From an uncultured Candidatus Actinomarina sp. (GTDB lineage Bacteria; Actinomycetota; Acidimicrobiia; Actinomarinales; Actinomarinaceae), in contig CACAND010000001.1 in NCBI GenBank assembly GCA_902533795.1, positions 10,159 to 74,158 on the forward strand: DNA of 64,000 bases, in the 5' to 3' direction. Positions within the stretch are counted from its first letter, which is position 1. Every line of letters starts with the position of its first letter. Positions 17,974-27,782 of this stretch are shown piece after piece. Under the pieces are notes generated by a model, which did no database searches, was not told the DNA's origin, and saw nothing but the letters and a program-made list of their open reading frames with translations. Made by a program: the position numbers and the translations under genes.

Positions 17974-20555
17974 TTATCTACCATTCCACATTTTTTATAC
18001 TTTAATCCTGAACCACAGTGGCAAGGATCATTTCTTCCAATTTTACCTTTACCGTCAAAGTTTACTTTTTTAGATTCGTTTTTTTCAACCTTTTTATTGT
18101 CTTGTGAAACTTTTTCAAAGTTTAATAAAAGTCTAACAACAGACAATTTTACATTATCTATTAATTCTTCAAATAGATCATATCCTTCTTTTTGATATTC
18201 AACAAGAGGGTCTCTTTGTCCCATTGCTCTGAGACCAATTCCTGACCTTAAATAATCCATCTCCGATAAATGATTTTTCCAAGATTGATCTATAAAAGAA
18301 AGGGCACCTATTCGGGCTAAATTCATAAAATTTTCTTCATCAGATTCAAAATTTTTCAAATATATATTCTCAAGTGACGCTATGATGTCGAAATCATCAT
18401 TTATATCTTGATCCTTTAACAATTGTTTTTTTACATTTTCAGATAAAAGAAGGCTTAATTGATCATCTACATAATTTCTAAACTCATCAAGACTTTCATA
18501 TTGTCTTTTATAATTCTCAATACTATTTTGTACATCTTCAATAACATCGTCTCTCCATTCGAAAATCAAATCTTCTATATTTTCTGATCTTAAAAGCTGT
18601 CTTCTCCATCTGTATATGACGTCTCTTTGCTGATTAAGCACCTGATCAAATTTAAGTACATTTTTTCTAATTTCAAAGTTTAAAGATTCAACTTGTGCCT
18701 GAGCTCTTTCAATACTCTTTGTAACCATGTTTTGCTCTATTTTTTCTTCGTCTGGTAAATTTAATTTATCCATTATTGACTGAATCCGTTCACCCTGAAA
18801 GCGTCTCATTAATTCATCTTCAAGGCTGATATAGAATCTAGACTCACCTGGATCACCTTGTCTTCCAGATCTTCCTCTTAATTGATTGTCAATTCTTCTA
18901 GATTCATGACGTTCAGTCCCGATTACGTACAATCCTCCTAAATCTTTAACTTTTTCTTTTTCATCATTTATCGAAGAATCATACTCCATTATTAATTGCT
19001 CAATGTATTCTTCATCATCTTCTTTATTTTCTTTTTCTGCTTGAGCATTAGCCATAAATTCGCTGTTTCCACCAAGCTTTATATCCACACCTCTACCTGC
19101 CATGTTTGTAGCAACAGTTACAGATTTTAGACGACCAGCTTGTGCAATAATTGAAGCTTCCTCTAAATGATTTTTTGCATTTAACACCGAATGCTTAATA
19201 CTATTTTTTGTAAGTTCTTTAGAAATTTCTTCGGATGAATCTACGGAAACCGTACCTAATAAAACAGGCTGTCCCAATTCATGACGCTCCTTGATATCTT
19301 CAACAACAGCATTTAATTTTGCTTGCCTCGTCTTATAGACAGTATCTTGATTGTCATTTCTTGCAATAGGTAGATTTGTTGGAATCTCAACTACTTCAAG
19401 ATTATAAATTTGAATTAGTTCATCTTCTTCTGTTTTTGCTGTTCCAGTCATCCCTGAAAGATTTTCATACATCCTAAAATAATTTTGATAAGTAATCGAT
19501 GCTAGCGTTTGATTTTCATCCTGAATCCTCAGATTTTCTTTCGCTTCAATGGCTTGATGAAGTCCATCAGAATACCTCCTGCCTTCTAACACACGTCCTG
19601 TAAATTCGTCTACTATTTTTACCTGACCATCAGCGTTAATATAATCTACATCTTTTTTATATATTTCTTTTGCTCTTAAAGAAGCCGTTAAATAATGAAT
19701 AAAGTTAGTTGCTGTATTTTCATACAAGTTATCAACACCTAATTTTTGCTCTATAAACTCAATACCATCTTCTGTTGGATGGATTTGTTTTTTTGACTCA
19801 TCAACTTCATAATGAATATCTTTTTTCATTTGCTTAACAAGCTTTGAAAATTGTAGATACCATTTTGTAGATTCTTCTACTCTGCCAGAAATAATTAGTG
19901 GAGTTCTTGCTTCATCAACTAATATAGAATCAACTTCATCAATAACAGCATAGAAAAGGTCACCTTGAGCTAATTGATCCGAAGTTTGGGCCATGTTGTC
20001 TCTAAGATAATCAAATCCAAATTCATTGTTTGTTCCATAGACGATGTTTTTTTTATATTCTAAAACTTTTTCTTGGTATTCTTGACCTGAGAAAATAAGA
20101 CCGACATCTAAACCTAAAAAATTATATATTGGACTCATCCATTCTGCGTCTCTTTTTGATAAGTAATCATTTACTGTTACGACATGTACACCCTTCTGAT
20201 AAAGTGCCATATATGAAATAGGAAGCGTTGAAACTAAGGTTTTGCCTTCCCCAGTTTTCATTTCGGCAATTTTATTTCTTAGTAATACCATCCCACCAAA
20301 AAGTTGGACATCATAATGACGTTGTCCTATTGTTCTTTTTGATGCTTCTCTTACAAGGGAGAATGCTTCAACCTCATGTTCGAATTTATTTTCTGAATTA
20401 AGTTTTGTTTTTAATTCTTGAAAGGTATCTTGTATTTCCTGATCTGTAAGTTTTTCAGTTTCAGGTTCCCTTAAATTAATTAACTCAACTTTTTTATTTA
20501 ATTCTTGAGCAAGTTTTCCACTTCCAACTGATAAGACTTTTTTAAAAATACTCAA
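17946..20555 (-). CDS. secA: preprotein translocase ATPase SecA
   Basis: 869 aa. DEAD-like motor motifs (GEGKTL, DEVDSILVDEARTPLIISG). C-terminal zinc-binding tail CHCGSGLKYKKCG. Its 3' end overlaps the prfB start by about 28 nt. Confidence 0.95.
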   Translation of the reverse strand: MSIFKKVLSVGSGKLAQELNKKVELINLREPETEKLTDQEIQDTFQELKTKLNSENKFEHEVEAFSLVREASKRTIGQRHYDVQLFGGMVLLRNKIAEMKTGEGKTLVSTLPISYMALYQKGVHVVTVNDYLSKRDAEWMSPIYNFLGLDVGLIFSGQEYQEKVLEYKKNIVYGTNNEFGFDYLRDNMAQTSDQLAQGDLFYAVIDEVDSILVDEARTPLIISGRVEESTKWYLQFSKLVKQMKKDIHYEVDESKKQIHPTEDGIEFIEQKLGVDNLYENTATNFIHYLTASLRAKEIYKKDVDYINADGQVKIVDEFTGRVLEGRRYSDGLHQAIEAKENLRIQDENQTLASITYQNYFRMYENLSGMTGTAKTEEDELIQIYNLEVVEIPTNLPIARNDNQDTVYKTRQAKLNAVVEDIKERHELGQPVLLGTVSVDSSEEISKELTKNSIKHSVLNAKNHLEEASIIAQAGRLKSVTVATNMAGRGVDIKLGGNSEFMANAQAEKENKEDDEEYIEQLIMEYDSSINDEKEKVKDLGGLYVIGTERHESRRIDNQLRGRSGRQGDPGESRFYISLEDELMRRFQGERIQSIMDKLNLPDEEKIEQNMVTKSIERAQAQVESLNFEIRKNVLKFDQVLNQQRDVIYRWRRQLLRSENIEDLIFEWRDDVIEDVQNSIENYKRQYESLDEFRNYVDDQLSLLLSENVKKQLLKDQDINDDFDIIASLENIYLKNFESDEENFMNLARIGALSFIDQSWKNHLSEMDYLRSGIGLRAMGQRDPLVEYQKEGYDLFEELIDNVKLSVVRLLLNFEKVSQDNKKVEKNESKKVNFDGKGKIGRNDPCHCGSGLKYKKCGMVDKCSKSSQIN

Positions 20556-20557
20556 AT

Positions 20558-21802
20558 TTAGCTAGTGCCATGCTCCCAGGAGTCGAGATAATCAATTTGC
20601 TCTTTGGTGAGTATTTCAAGCTCTCCACCCATGAGTTCTAGTTTTGTTGCAGCAATTTTTAAATCTACTTCATTTGGAAGAGTATAAACTTTTGGTTCTA
20701 GTTCTTTGTAATTGTCTTTAATCCATTCAGCAGCCAGTGCTTGATTTGCAAATGACATATCCATTACAGATGCTGGATGACCTGTTGCAGCTGCTAAGTT
20801 GACAAGCCTGCCTTCTGCTAAGACCAATATTTCTTTCCCATTATATTTGTAACTTTCAACATGTTCTCTAACTCTATCAACTTGTGAACTATTTTCTTTG
20901 AGGGCGTTTAAATTAATTTCGACATCAAAATGTCCTGCATTAGCTAAGGCAACTCCATCTTTCATTACATCAAAGTGTTGTTTATCAAGAGCATGCATAT
21001 TGCCCGTTACAGATACGATTACATCGGCAATCTTTGCTGCGTTTATACTTGTTTTAACTTCGTATCCATGCATAAGAGCTTCTAAGGCACGAACTGAATT
21101 TGGTTCAACAACCGTAACTTTTGCACCCATTCCATACGCTCTTTCTGCAACTCCTTTTCCACAATCACCAAAACCAATAACAACTACATCCAAGCCTGCA
21201 ATCAATAAATCGGTAGCTCTTACTACACCATCCATCGCACTTTGACCAGTTCCAAATCTGTTATCAAATAAATGCTTAGTGTCAGAATCATTTACTGCAA
21301 CGACTGGAAATCTAAGTTTGTTATTTTTTTCCATTGATTTGAGTCTTATTACTCCTGTTGTTGTCTCTTCCATTGAGCCCATTACTGGTATATCAGATCT
21401 CTCAGTGTGTAATAATGAAACTAAATCTGCTCCATCGTCCATTGTTATATCTGGTTTCGTATCTAAAACAGAATTAAGGTGTTTGAAAAAATCATCATTA
21501 GATACTCCATGTACAGCATGAACTTCTACATCATTTTCAGAGAGATATGCTGCAACTGAGTCTTTTGTAGATAATGGATTTGAAGCACACAATGATACAT
21601 TGGCTCCGGCAGCTTTCAAAGTAAGCATTAAATTAGCAGTTTCCTTTGTTACGTGCATACAAGCACCTATGTTTAAACCTTCTAATGGTTTGTTCTTCAT
21701 AAAGTCTGATTTTATTTCATCAAGAACTTTCATCTGTCTTGCTGCCCAGTCAACTTCTTGTTGGCCAACATCTGCAAGTTTAATATCTTTAATTGTTGAC
21801 AT
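20558..21802 (-). CDS. ahcY: adenosylhomocysteinase
   Basis: 414 aa. NAD-binding IGFGDCGKG and the conserved HxTxET region (CMHVTKETANL) of S-adenosyl-L-homocysteine hydrolase. Confidence 0.9.
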   Translation of the reverse strand: MSTIKDIKLADVGQQEVDWAARQMKVLDEIKSDFMKNKPLEGLNIGACMHVTKETANLMLTLKAAGANVSLCASNPLSTKDSVAAYLSENDVEVHAVHGVSNDDFFKHLNSVLDTKPDITMDDGADLVSLLHTERSDIPVMGSMEETTTGVIRLKSMEKNNKLRFPVVAVNDSDTKHLFDNRFGTGQSAMDGVVRATDLLIAGLDVVVIGFGDCGKGVAERAYGMGAKVTVVEPNSVRALEALMHGYEVKTSINAAKIADVIVSVTGNMHALDKQHFDVMKDGVALANAGHFDVEINLNALKENSSQVDRVREHVESYKYNGKEILVLAEGRLVNLAAATGHPASVMDMSFANQALAAEWIKDNYKELEPKVYTLPNEVDLKIAATKLELMGGELEILTKEQIDYLDSWEHGTS

Positions 21803-22797
21803 TATCCTCCTAGCAAGTCTTTTAGTTTTTCAATAGTTTTAATGTCTTCTGGATCAATAGATAGCTTTTTTGCTAAATTTAAACTAACTAAATCACCTAG
21901 TAATACTAACTCCAATAAGGTTTTTAGTGTATTTTCTTGATTATCTAAATTAACTTCAAGTACTACTACTTTTTCGCCAATTAAATTTTTCGTAAATTCA
22001 AATCTTTTTTGAATTTGAATGTGTTCATTTTTATCTCTCAGCAAAATTACTATAAAATTATTTTTACTTCCGTCTTCATCTGCATCCCAAGAAAGTATTT
22101 CATTATGATGAACTTCTGGCAAATTACCAACAAAAGCCTTAGATTTTGAATTTTCATTAATTTGAGTTTTCCAGCGAGATGATACAACTTTCGACATATC
22201 CGTACCAGCGTAAAGAATAACGGTTTTATTATTTATAGATTCACTGATTTCTAAAGAAAGTTTATTTATTTCAGATTCATTATTCAACTTAGATATAGTC
22301 TCTAAATAATTACTAACTTCCTTTAATTGAGAAACAAAATTTGATCCATCTAATGAATCTAATATTTTTGAAACAGCTAATGTGAGATATCCAAAAGCCG
22401 CTCTTGGTTGCAATCCACTTGGAATTTTGATAAAAACTTTATCTTGTTTTTTTGCGATATCTATCAACTTTCCTCCACTTGAAATAACCATCCAATCCAA
22501 GTTGTTTTCAATAGCATCAGATATTCCTGACAATGTTTCTTCCGTATTTCCTGAATAAGATATAAATAAGCAAAAAGGTCGCAAATTGATAATTTGTTTT
22601 GGTATTGAATAGTCTTTGCGCACAATAATATTCTTATCAGATATTTCATTTGATAAAACTTTCATAACATCCCCTGCGACACCAGAACCACCCATTCCCA
22701 TGATTAAAAGATTATCGTTTGAGAAGTTTTCTAAATTTCTTGAAAACTCAAGCTTGGATATTATTTGATTTTTTAGATCGAAAGCAATACTTAACAT
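21802..22797 (-). CDS. SIS-domain bifunctional phosphoglucose/phosphomannose isomerase family protein
   Basis: 331 aa with tandem SIS-like halves. N-terminal LLIMGMGGSGVAGDV. Located between ahcY and pmm, as in actinobacterial manA/pmm loci. Confidence 0.55.
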   Translation of the reverse strand: MLSIAFDLKNQIISKLEFSRNLENFSNDNLLIMGMGGSGVAGDVMKVLSNEISDKNIIVRKDYSIPKQIINLRPFCLFISYSGNTEETLSGISDAIENNLDWMVISSGGKLIDIAKKQDKVFIKIPSGLQPRAAFGYLTLAVSKILDSLDGSNFVSQLKEVSNYLETISKLNNESEINKLSLEISESINNKTVILYAGTDMSKVVSSRWKTQINENSKSKAFVGNLPEVHHNEILSWDADEDGSKNNFIVILLRDKNEHIQIQKRFEFTKNLIGEKVVVLEVNLDNQENTLKTLLELVLLGDLVSLNLAKKLSIDPEDIKTIEKLKDLLGG

Positions 22798-24138
22798 TTA
22801 TAAACTTATTATATTTGAAATTTTAGAAATGAGGTTATCTAAAGTTTTTTGATCAACTGCTTCAGCATTCAATCTAAGCATTGGTTCAGTATTCGATCCT
22901 CTGACATTGAACCAAAAATTATCAGAAAAATATGATATGCCATCTAATTTATCAAAATCACCTTCGAATGAATTTTCAATTTTATCAAGGCTAATTCCAA
23001 CATCCTCAACGGTATAATTTATCTCACCGGAGGATGGCATAAATTCATACTTTTCTATAAGTTGTCCACTTTTAATATTTTTTTCGCATAAGATCTTCAA
23101 AAATATCAATAATGTCAATATCCCTGAGTCAGCATAAAAATTTTCTCTTAAGTAAAAGTGAGCACTATGTTCACCTCCAAAATCTGCATCATTATCTCTC
23201 ATAATTTTTTTTATGTAAGAGTGACCAACCTTAGATCTTATTGTCTGAACACCTTTATTTTTTAAATATTCGATGATAGATGGCTGGACATTAACGTTAT
23301 GTACTACCTTTATATTTGATTGTTTTTCAAGCAGCCAATCAGATATTAAACATGTCATTAAACTTCCGCTAATTAAATTCCCTTTATCGTCAATAAAAAC
23401 TGACCTGTCTGCGTCACCATCAAATGCAACTCCAAAATCAAGATTTTTTGATAAAACTTTAGCTTTAAGATCAGAAAGATTATTTTCATCTGATGGATCA
23501 GCTGGATGATTAGGGAAATTTCCATCTACATCCATAAATAAACTCTCATAATTTAAATTATAAGTTTTTGAGAGATCTTCAATAATTGAACCAAGTACAC
23601 CATTCCCACCATCTATACAAAATTTTACTGTTTCACTAATCTCTGATGTGTCAACTATCTTTTTAAAATGATCTAAATATAAATCAATCATATTCTTTTT
23701 TACAGGTAAATCTAAAATCTTAAAGTCTTCATTAAAATTTTCTGCAAGTTTTTTTATTTCTTTAAGTCCTGTTTCTTGACCTATTGCAATTGCGCCATTA
23801 TTACAAAACTTAAATCCCGTATACTCTTTTGGATTATGAGATGCCGTAATAATCAAACCAGGCAAATTTCTTATACCTGATAATGTGTAAACGACATCGG
23901 TAGGGACCGTTCCAACATACAAAACTTTTTTATTCACATTTTGAATACCTGAACTCACTGCAGTGAACATTTCTTCATTTGATATTCGACCATCATGTCC
24001 GACAATTATTTCATCTGAATCTACATATGAAGCAAAAGCGGCACCTATTTTAAAAGCTATTTCAGGAGTAATTGATTCATTAAATACCCCCCTTACATCG
24101 TAAGCCTTAAAAATTAAATCTAGTTTATTTTCATCCAC
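22798..24138 (-). CDS. manB: phosphomannomutase/phosphoglucomutase
   Basis: 446 aa. Active-site serine loop TASHNP, metal-binding DGDADR and the sugar-binding loop of the alpha-D-phosphohexomutase family. Confidence 0.8.
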   Translation of the reverse strand: MDENKLDLIFKAYDVRGVFNESITPEIAFKIGAAFASYVDSDEIIVGHDGRISNEEMFTAVSSGIQNVNKKVLYVGTVPTDVVYTLSGIRNLPGLIITASHNPKEYTGFKFCNNGAIAIGQETGLKEIKKLAENFNEDFKILDLPVKKNMIDLYLDHFKKIVDTSEISETVKFCIDGGNGVLGSIIEDLSKTYNLNYESLFMDVDGNFPNHPADPSDENNLSDLKAKVLSKNLDFGVAFDGDADRSVFIDDKGNLISGSLMTCLISDWLLEKQSNIKVVHNVNVQPSIIEYLKNKGVQTIRSKVGHSYIKKIMRDNDADFGGEHSAHFYLRENFYADSGILTLLIFLKILCEKNIKSGQLIEKYEFMPSSGEINYTVEDVGISLDKIENSFEGDFDKLDGISYFSDNFWFNVRGSNTEPMLRLNAEAVDQKTLDNLISKISNIISL

Positions 24139-24153
24139 TCCATATGTATTGTA

Positions 24154-24894
24154 ATGTTTATGAAAACGAACAACATGATAAATAATTTTTCAGTTGTAAT
24201 ACCAGTTTTTAATGAAGAGGAAATCTTTTTAGATTCTGCAAAAAAAATTTACAATATCTGTAAACAAGTAGATAAACCATTTGAAATTATTTTTTCAGAA
24301 AATGGATCGTCCGATAATACAGTGAATTTAATACAAAATTTCATAGATGATAAAGATAGCTGTTTCATGATTAGAAATGAGATAGCAAATTATGGACTTG
24401 CACTAAAAAATGGATTTAAAAACGCCAAAAATGACCTTATTATTTCATTTGATATAGATTATTTTTCACAAAAATTTCTTGAAGAATCACTTAAATTAAG
24501 TGATGAATTCGTAGCTATAGTAGCTTCTAAAAGAATGGGTGAATCAGAAGATCAAAGGACAATTGTTCGAAAGCTTGCAACATCAACATTTGTATTGATA
24601 TTGAAGATTTTATTCCAAACCTCACTTAGCGATACTCATGGAATGAAAGCTATTAGAAGAGATAACATGCTCAAAGAAATTAACAATGTCATATCAACAC
24701 AAGATATTTTTGATACTGAACTTTTAATTAGGATAGAAAAGTCTGGATTCAAGATTCAGGAAGTTCCTGCGAAAGTAAATGAGATGAGACCAAGTGTTTC
24801 TGTTATTTTCACAAGAATTCCAAGAACTCTTAAAAGTTTATTTAAATTAAGATATCAATTATTTAAAGAGTCTTTGAAAACAAATAATTTATAG
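24154..24894 (+). CDS. GT2-family polyprenol-phosphate glycosyl(mannosyl)transferase (DPM1/GtrB/Ppm1-like)
   Basis: 246 aa. N-terminus SVVIPVFNEEE and a DxD-like FDIDY motif. Small soluble GT2 of the Dpm1/ArnC type. Confidence 0.7.
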   Translation: MFMKTNNMINNFSVVIPVFNEEEIFLDSAKKIYNICKQVDKPFEIIFSENGSSDNTVNLIQNFIDDKDSCFMIRNEIANYGLALKNGFKNAKNDLIISFDIDYFSQKFLEESLKLSDEFVAIVASKRMGESEDQRTIVRKLATSTFVLILKILFQTSLSDTHGMKAIRRDNMLKEINNVISTQDIFDTELLIRIEKSGFKIQEVPAKVNEMRPSVSVIFTRIPRTLKSLFKLRYQLFKESLKTNNL

Positions 24895-25325
24895 ATTACA
24901 TATTTTATTGGAAGAATAAATCCATGTATCAATATTGTTGCAATCAAAAATTGAATTTCATTATTTTGTATTGAAGGCCTTATAAAATCAATTAAGAACC
25001 ATATAAATAAGGGGACAATTAAGTTAATCAAATTTGTGATTACAAATTTTATAAATTCTTTAAAGCCTCCATCATAAATAGATAGTTTAAAAATAATTTT
25101 TCTGGATAAAAAGTATGAAATTATGACGCCAATTGAAAATGAAAATATGTTTGTTAAGTAAGTTCTCAAAGGTACTTGAATTCCAAAAAAAACATAAAAT
25201 TGAAATATATAACTATTTCCTAACCCAATAATTAAGTTAATTGCACCTACTACATAGGTTCTAAATAATTGATAATAGGTTGAGTTTCCCGTTACTAATT
25301 TGAAAGTTTTAAGTTTTTTTATCAT
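24855..25325 (-). CDS. GtrA-family small membrane protein (polyprenol-linked sugar flippase-like)
   Basis: 156 aa with four predicted TM helices. Its size and topology are those of the GtrA family. It overlaps both neighbours. Confidence 0.55.
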   Translation of the reverse strand: MIKKLKTFKLVTGNSTYYQLFRTYVVGAINLIIGLGNSYIFQFYVFFGIQVPLRTYLTNIFSFSIGVIISYFLSRKIIFKLSIYDGGFKEFIKFVITNLINLIVPLFIWFLIDFIRPSIQNNEIQFLIATILIHGFILPIKYVIYKLFVFKDSLNN

Positions 25326-27507
25326 TTTGTTTCAGTTTAAAAAAAATTGTTAATGACAAGAGTAATGAAAATAATGAAAAATAGAAGCTGTTTTTTTCAA
25401 CAGGTGTTTTTTCAAAGTAAATCTCTACAGATTCATCATTTGGAATAACTGACATAAATGAAGGTGATGTTCTAAAAGGTCCTTTACCATTAGTAATATT
25501 CCAATTTGGAAAGTAAGAAACTTTGATTAAATGTAATTCTCCAGGACTATTTGTAAAAAAAGAAATTTTGTCATTTGTAATATTTAAGTCGGTAATTTGT
25601 AAATTATTCTTTTTTGATGACACTATGTTCATTCCATTACCGACCTCAATTACCCTTTTTTTATCAAGCTCATCAAAGCTTTCATAAGCCTTGTCAAAAA
25701 AATTATTAATATTTGTATCTCGAAAAATCGAGCTTAAAATTCCATCTTGCGTTCTGGCCTTTGAAAAGATTTCTATATCTTGATAAATTAATTCAACTTT
25801 AGAAGAGTTAACTTTAAAAACTGTAAACGGTTCTGATGAGAAAAGTAATATAAGCTTTTCAGAATCCATTGCTTTACTCTCAATTTCTTCTGTATATGAA
25901 ATAAAATAATCTACCCCAAGGTCATTAAGGTACTCGATACCTTGGTCAAATTGATTATTGATGTAAGACAATCCACCGACGGGATTTGAGGGTCTTTTTG
26001 CTAAACCAGACACTGAGATAAAGTGAAATGGAGTTGTAATACTTGAGTCAAAATATAAACCTTCCATACTTGTGTGTTTAGTAAAATATGGAATAGTCAT
26101 CAAAGTCATTGGGGTTCCGTACTTATTCATGTCAGAATTTGGTTCCCACATAATTCTTCCAGGTTTTAAATCGTTTAATTTTAAATAAAGATTTTCAATT
26201 TGAGTCCAGTCATTTTTGCCTTCGTAACCAGTGAAATTCCAATTTAGCCAATGTGGAAGGAAAGATACTGTAGAAAGAATAATTGATACAAGTAGTAAAT
26301 TAATTTGGATTTCAACATTTCTTAAATTTAAAACTGCAAAAATACTTATCAAAAAAATAATTGGAATATATTGGTTCAAATAGGATTGATTACTTGACCA
26401 TTTATCATAAAAAATATACAAGCAATAAATCGTTCCAATTAAAAATAAAATTGTGAAAACATTTATTCCTTGTTGATAAAGATTTAAATCCTTAATGAAA
26501 ATTTCAATTGCTTTAAACAATATAACAATAACTCCAAGATTAAAAAACGGGACTAATCGCCCATTCCAAAGGGCACCTTCTGGTACAAAAAAATAAAGAA
26601 GAATGGATGAGACAACAAGATAAAGTTCAAATAAATTTAATGATTTATTTTTGATTAACTCTTTAAATTTTGCAATTATTAATCCAAGCAATATAAAAAT
26701 AATAGGCAAAATATCTTCTTTAATTAAATCTTCTACTCTTGTAAAAGGGGTGTAGCTCATATTTGTTGTAAATTCTAAATTTATAAATAGAGAGATAAAC
26801 CATCTTGTGACAAGTGCCAAAAATATTGTGATTGAAAGTATTTTTTGATTTATATTCTCTTTTTTAAATAACCAATAAAATCCATAAATCGGAATATAAA
26901 TTATAAAAGGAATTAGGTGTGATAAAAGACAAAGAGAAAGGAAGATTGAACTAATCGAAAATCTAAATTTATTATTTGATTTAATCAAATAAAAGATAGC
27001 TAAATTCCCAAATGCTAATGAATAAGCGAAAGAAAATTGTCCAGCTAAAGTTGATGCTAAATTTCCACCATAAATTGTAAATGATTCTGTAAAAACATAA
27101 AATAAGCCGGCGGTAGCCCCTATAGAAGAAAATTTAATTGAGTCTTTTCTTAATAATTTTTCTAATGAATAAACAACCAAGATTGTAGAAATCACAACCA
27201 TTAATTTAAAGGCAACCCCAAAAGGAAAAATCAGATCTAGAAAGTAAGTAATAATTGCTGGTAACGGAAAATAAAAATAATACAGAGGATATCCAGCAAA
27301 CCAATCATTTGACCATCCACTAATCTCAAAGTTTGGCATAAAGTCTTTAATAAAGGTATTAATTGCAACAATATGTGCTCCCATATCACCACCGGTAGGC
27401 GTGTTGTTTTGGAAGACTAAATCAATTCTTAAAAACAAAATTAGAACAATCAAATAAAATAATTTTTGCGAAATATCTGAATTTATATTGTTACTAATTG
27501 ATTTCAT
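25309..27507 (-). CDS. large polytopic membrane protein, candidate GT-C glycosyltransferase (polyprenol-phosphate-sugar dependent)
   Basis: 732 aa. About 11-13 TM helices in the N-terminal 480 aa, with an early loop motif GGDMGAHI / WSNDWFAGYPLYYFYFPL. Soluble C-terminal domain of about 250 aa. Co-located with the GT2 and GtrA genes. Confidence 0.45.
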   Translation of the reverse strand: MKSISNNINSDISQKLFYLIVLILFLRIDLVFQNNTPTGGDMGAHIVAINTFIKDFMPNFEISGWSNDWFAGYPLYYFYFPLPAIITYFLDLIFPFGVAFKLMVVISTILVVYSLEKLLRKDSIKFSSIGATAGLFYVFTESFTIYGGNLASTLAGQFSFAYSLAFGNLAIFYLIKSNNKFRFSISSIFLSLCLLSHLIPFIIYIPIYGFYWLFKKENINQKILSITIFLALVTRWFISLFINLEFTTNMSYTPFTRVEDLIKEDILPIIFILLGLIIAKFKELIKNKSLNLFELYLVVSSILLYFFVPEGALWNGRLVPFFNLGVIVILFKAIEIFIKDLNLYQQGINVFTILFLIGTIYCLYIFYDKWSSNQSYLNQYIPIIFLISIFAVLNLRNVEIQINLLLVSIILSTVSFLPHWLNWNFTGYEGKNDWTQIENLYLKLNDLKPGRIMWEPNSDMNKYGTPMTLMTIPYFTKHTSMEGLYFDSSITTPFHFISVSGLAKRPSNPVGGLSYINNQFDQGIEYLNDLGVDYFISYTEEIESKAMDSEKLILLFSSEPFTVFKVNSSKVELIYQDIEIFSKARTQDGILSSIFRDTNINNFFDKAYESFDELDKKRVIEVGNGMNIVSSKKNNLQITDLNITNDKISFFTNSPGELHLIKVSYFPNWNITNGKGPFRTSPSFMSVIPNDESVEIYFEKTPVEKNSFYFSLFSLLLSLTIFFKLKQNDKKT

Positions 27508-27748
27508 TTAAAATTTTTCCTAGATATTTTGTATTTCTTTTTCCATTTTCTGACCATTCAGCATACCAATATGGACCATGAGGGCAACTGTTACAAGACT
27601 CTCGCCCACATTTTATGGACTTTTGTCTATAAGATATTTTTTGTTCATTAATGTCGCTGCCAAGTTTATTATCAATTAAAATCCTTAATCTTTTCAGATC
27701 TGATTCACCTAATTCAGAGATTGCTTCTAGAATTTCTCTATCTACCAT
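27494..27748 (-). CDS. small zinc-ribbon protein, hypothetical
   Basis: 84 aa. C-terminal CGRESCNSCPHGPYWYAEW (Cx4CxxC...H) looks like a metal-binding knuckle. No family assigned. Confidence 0.35.
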   Translation of the reverse strand: MVDREILEAISELGESDLKRLRILIDNKLGSDINEQKISYRQKSIKCGRESCNSCPHGPYWYAEWSENGKRNTKYLGKILNEIN

Positions 27749-27782
27749 TATTAAAATGTTAATGGAATATTGGTAAGAGTAA

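Noticed and set aside
20898-21836. Plus-strand ORFs (115, 80 and 78 aa) inside ahcY, and similar antisense or alternate-frame ORFs inside secA, the ABC exporter (5896..6280), tkt, lipBA, E1, lpd, pepA, the PBP and others
   Set aside because: They are shadow ORFs fully embedded in strongly supported genes on the other strand or frame, with low-complexity, atypical composition. Such ORFs are expected by chance in AT-poor antisense frames.
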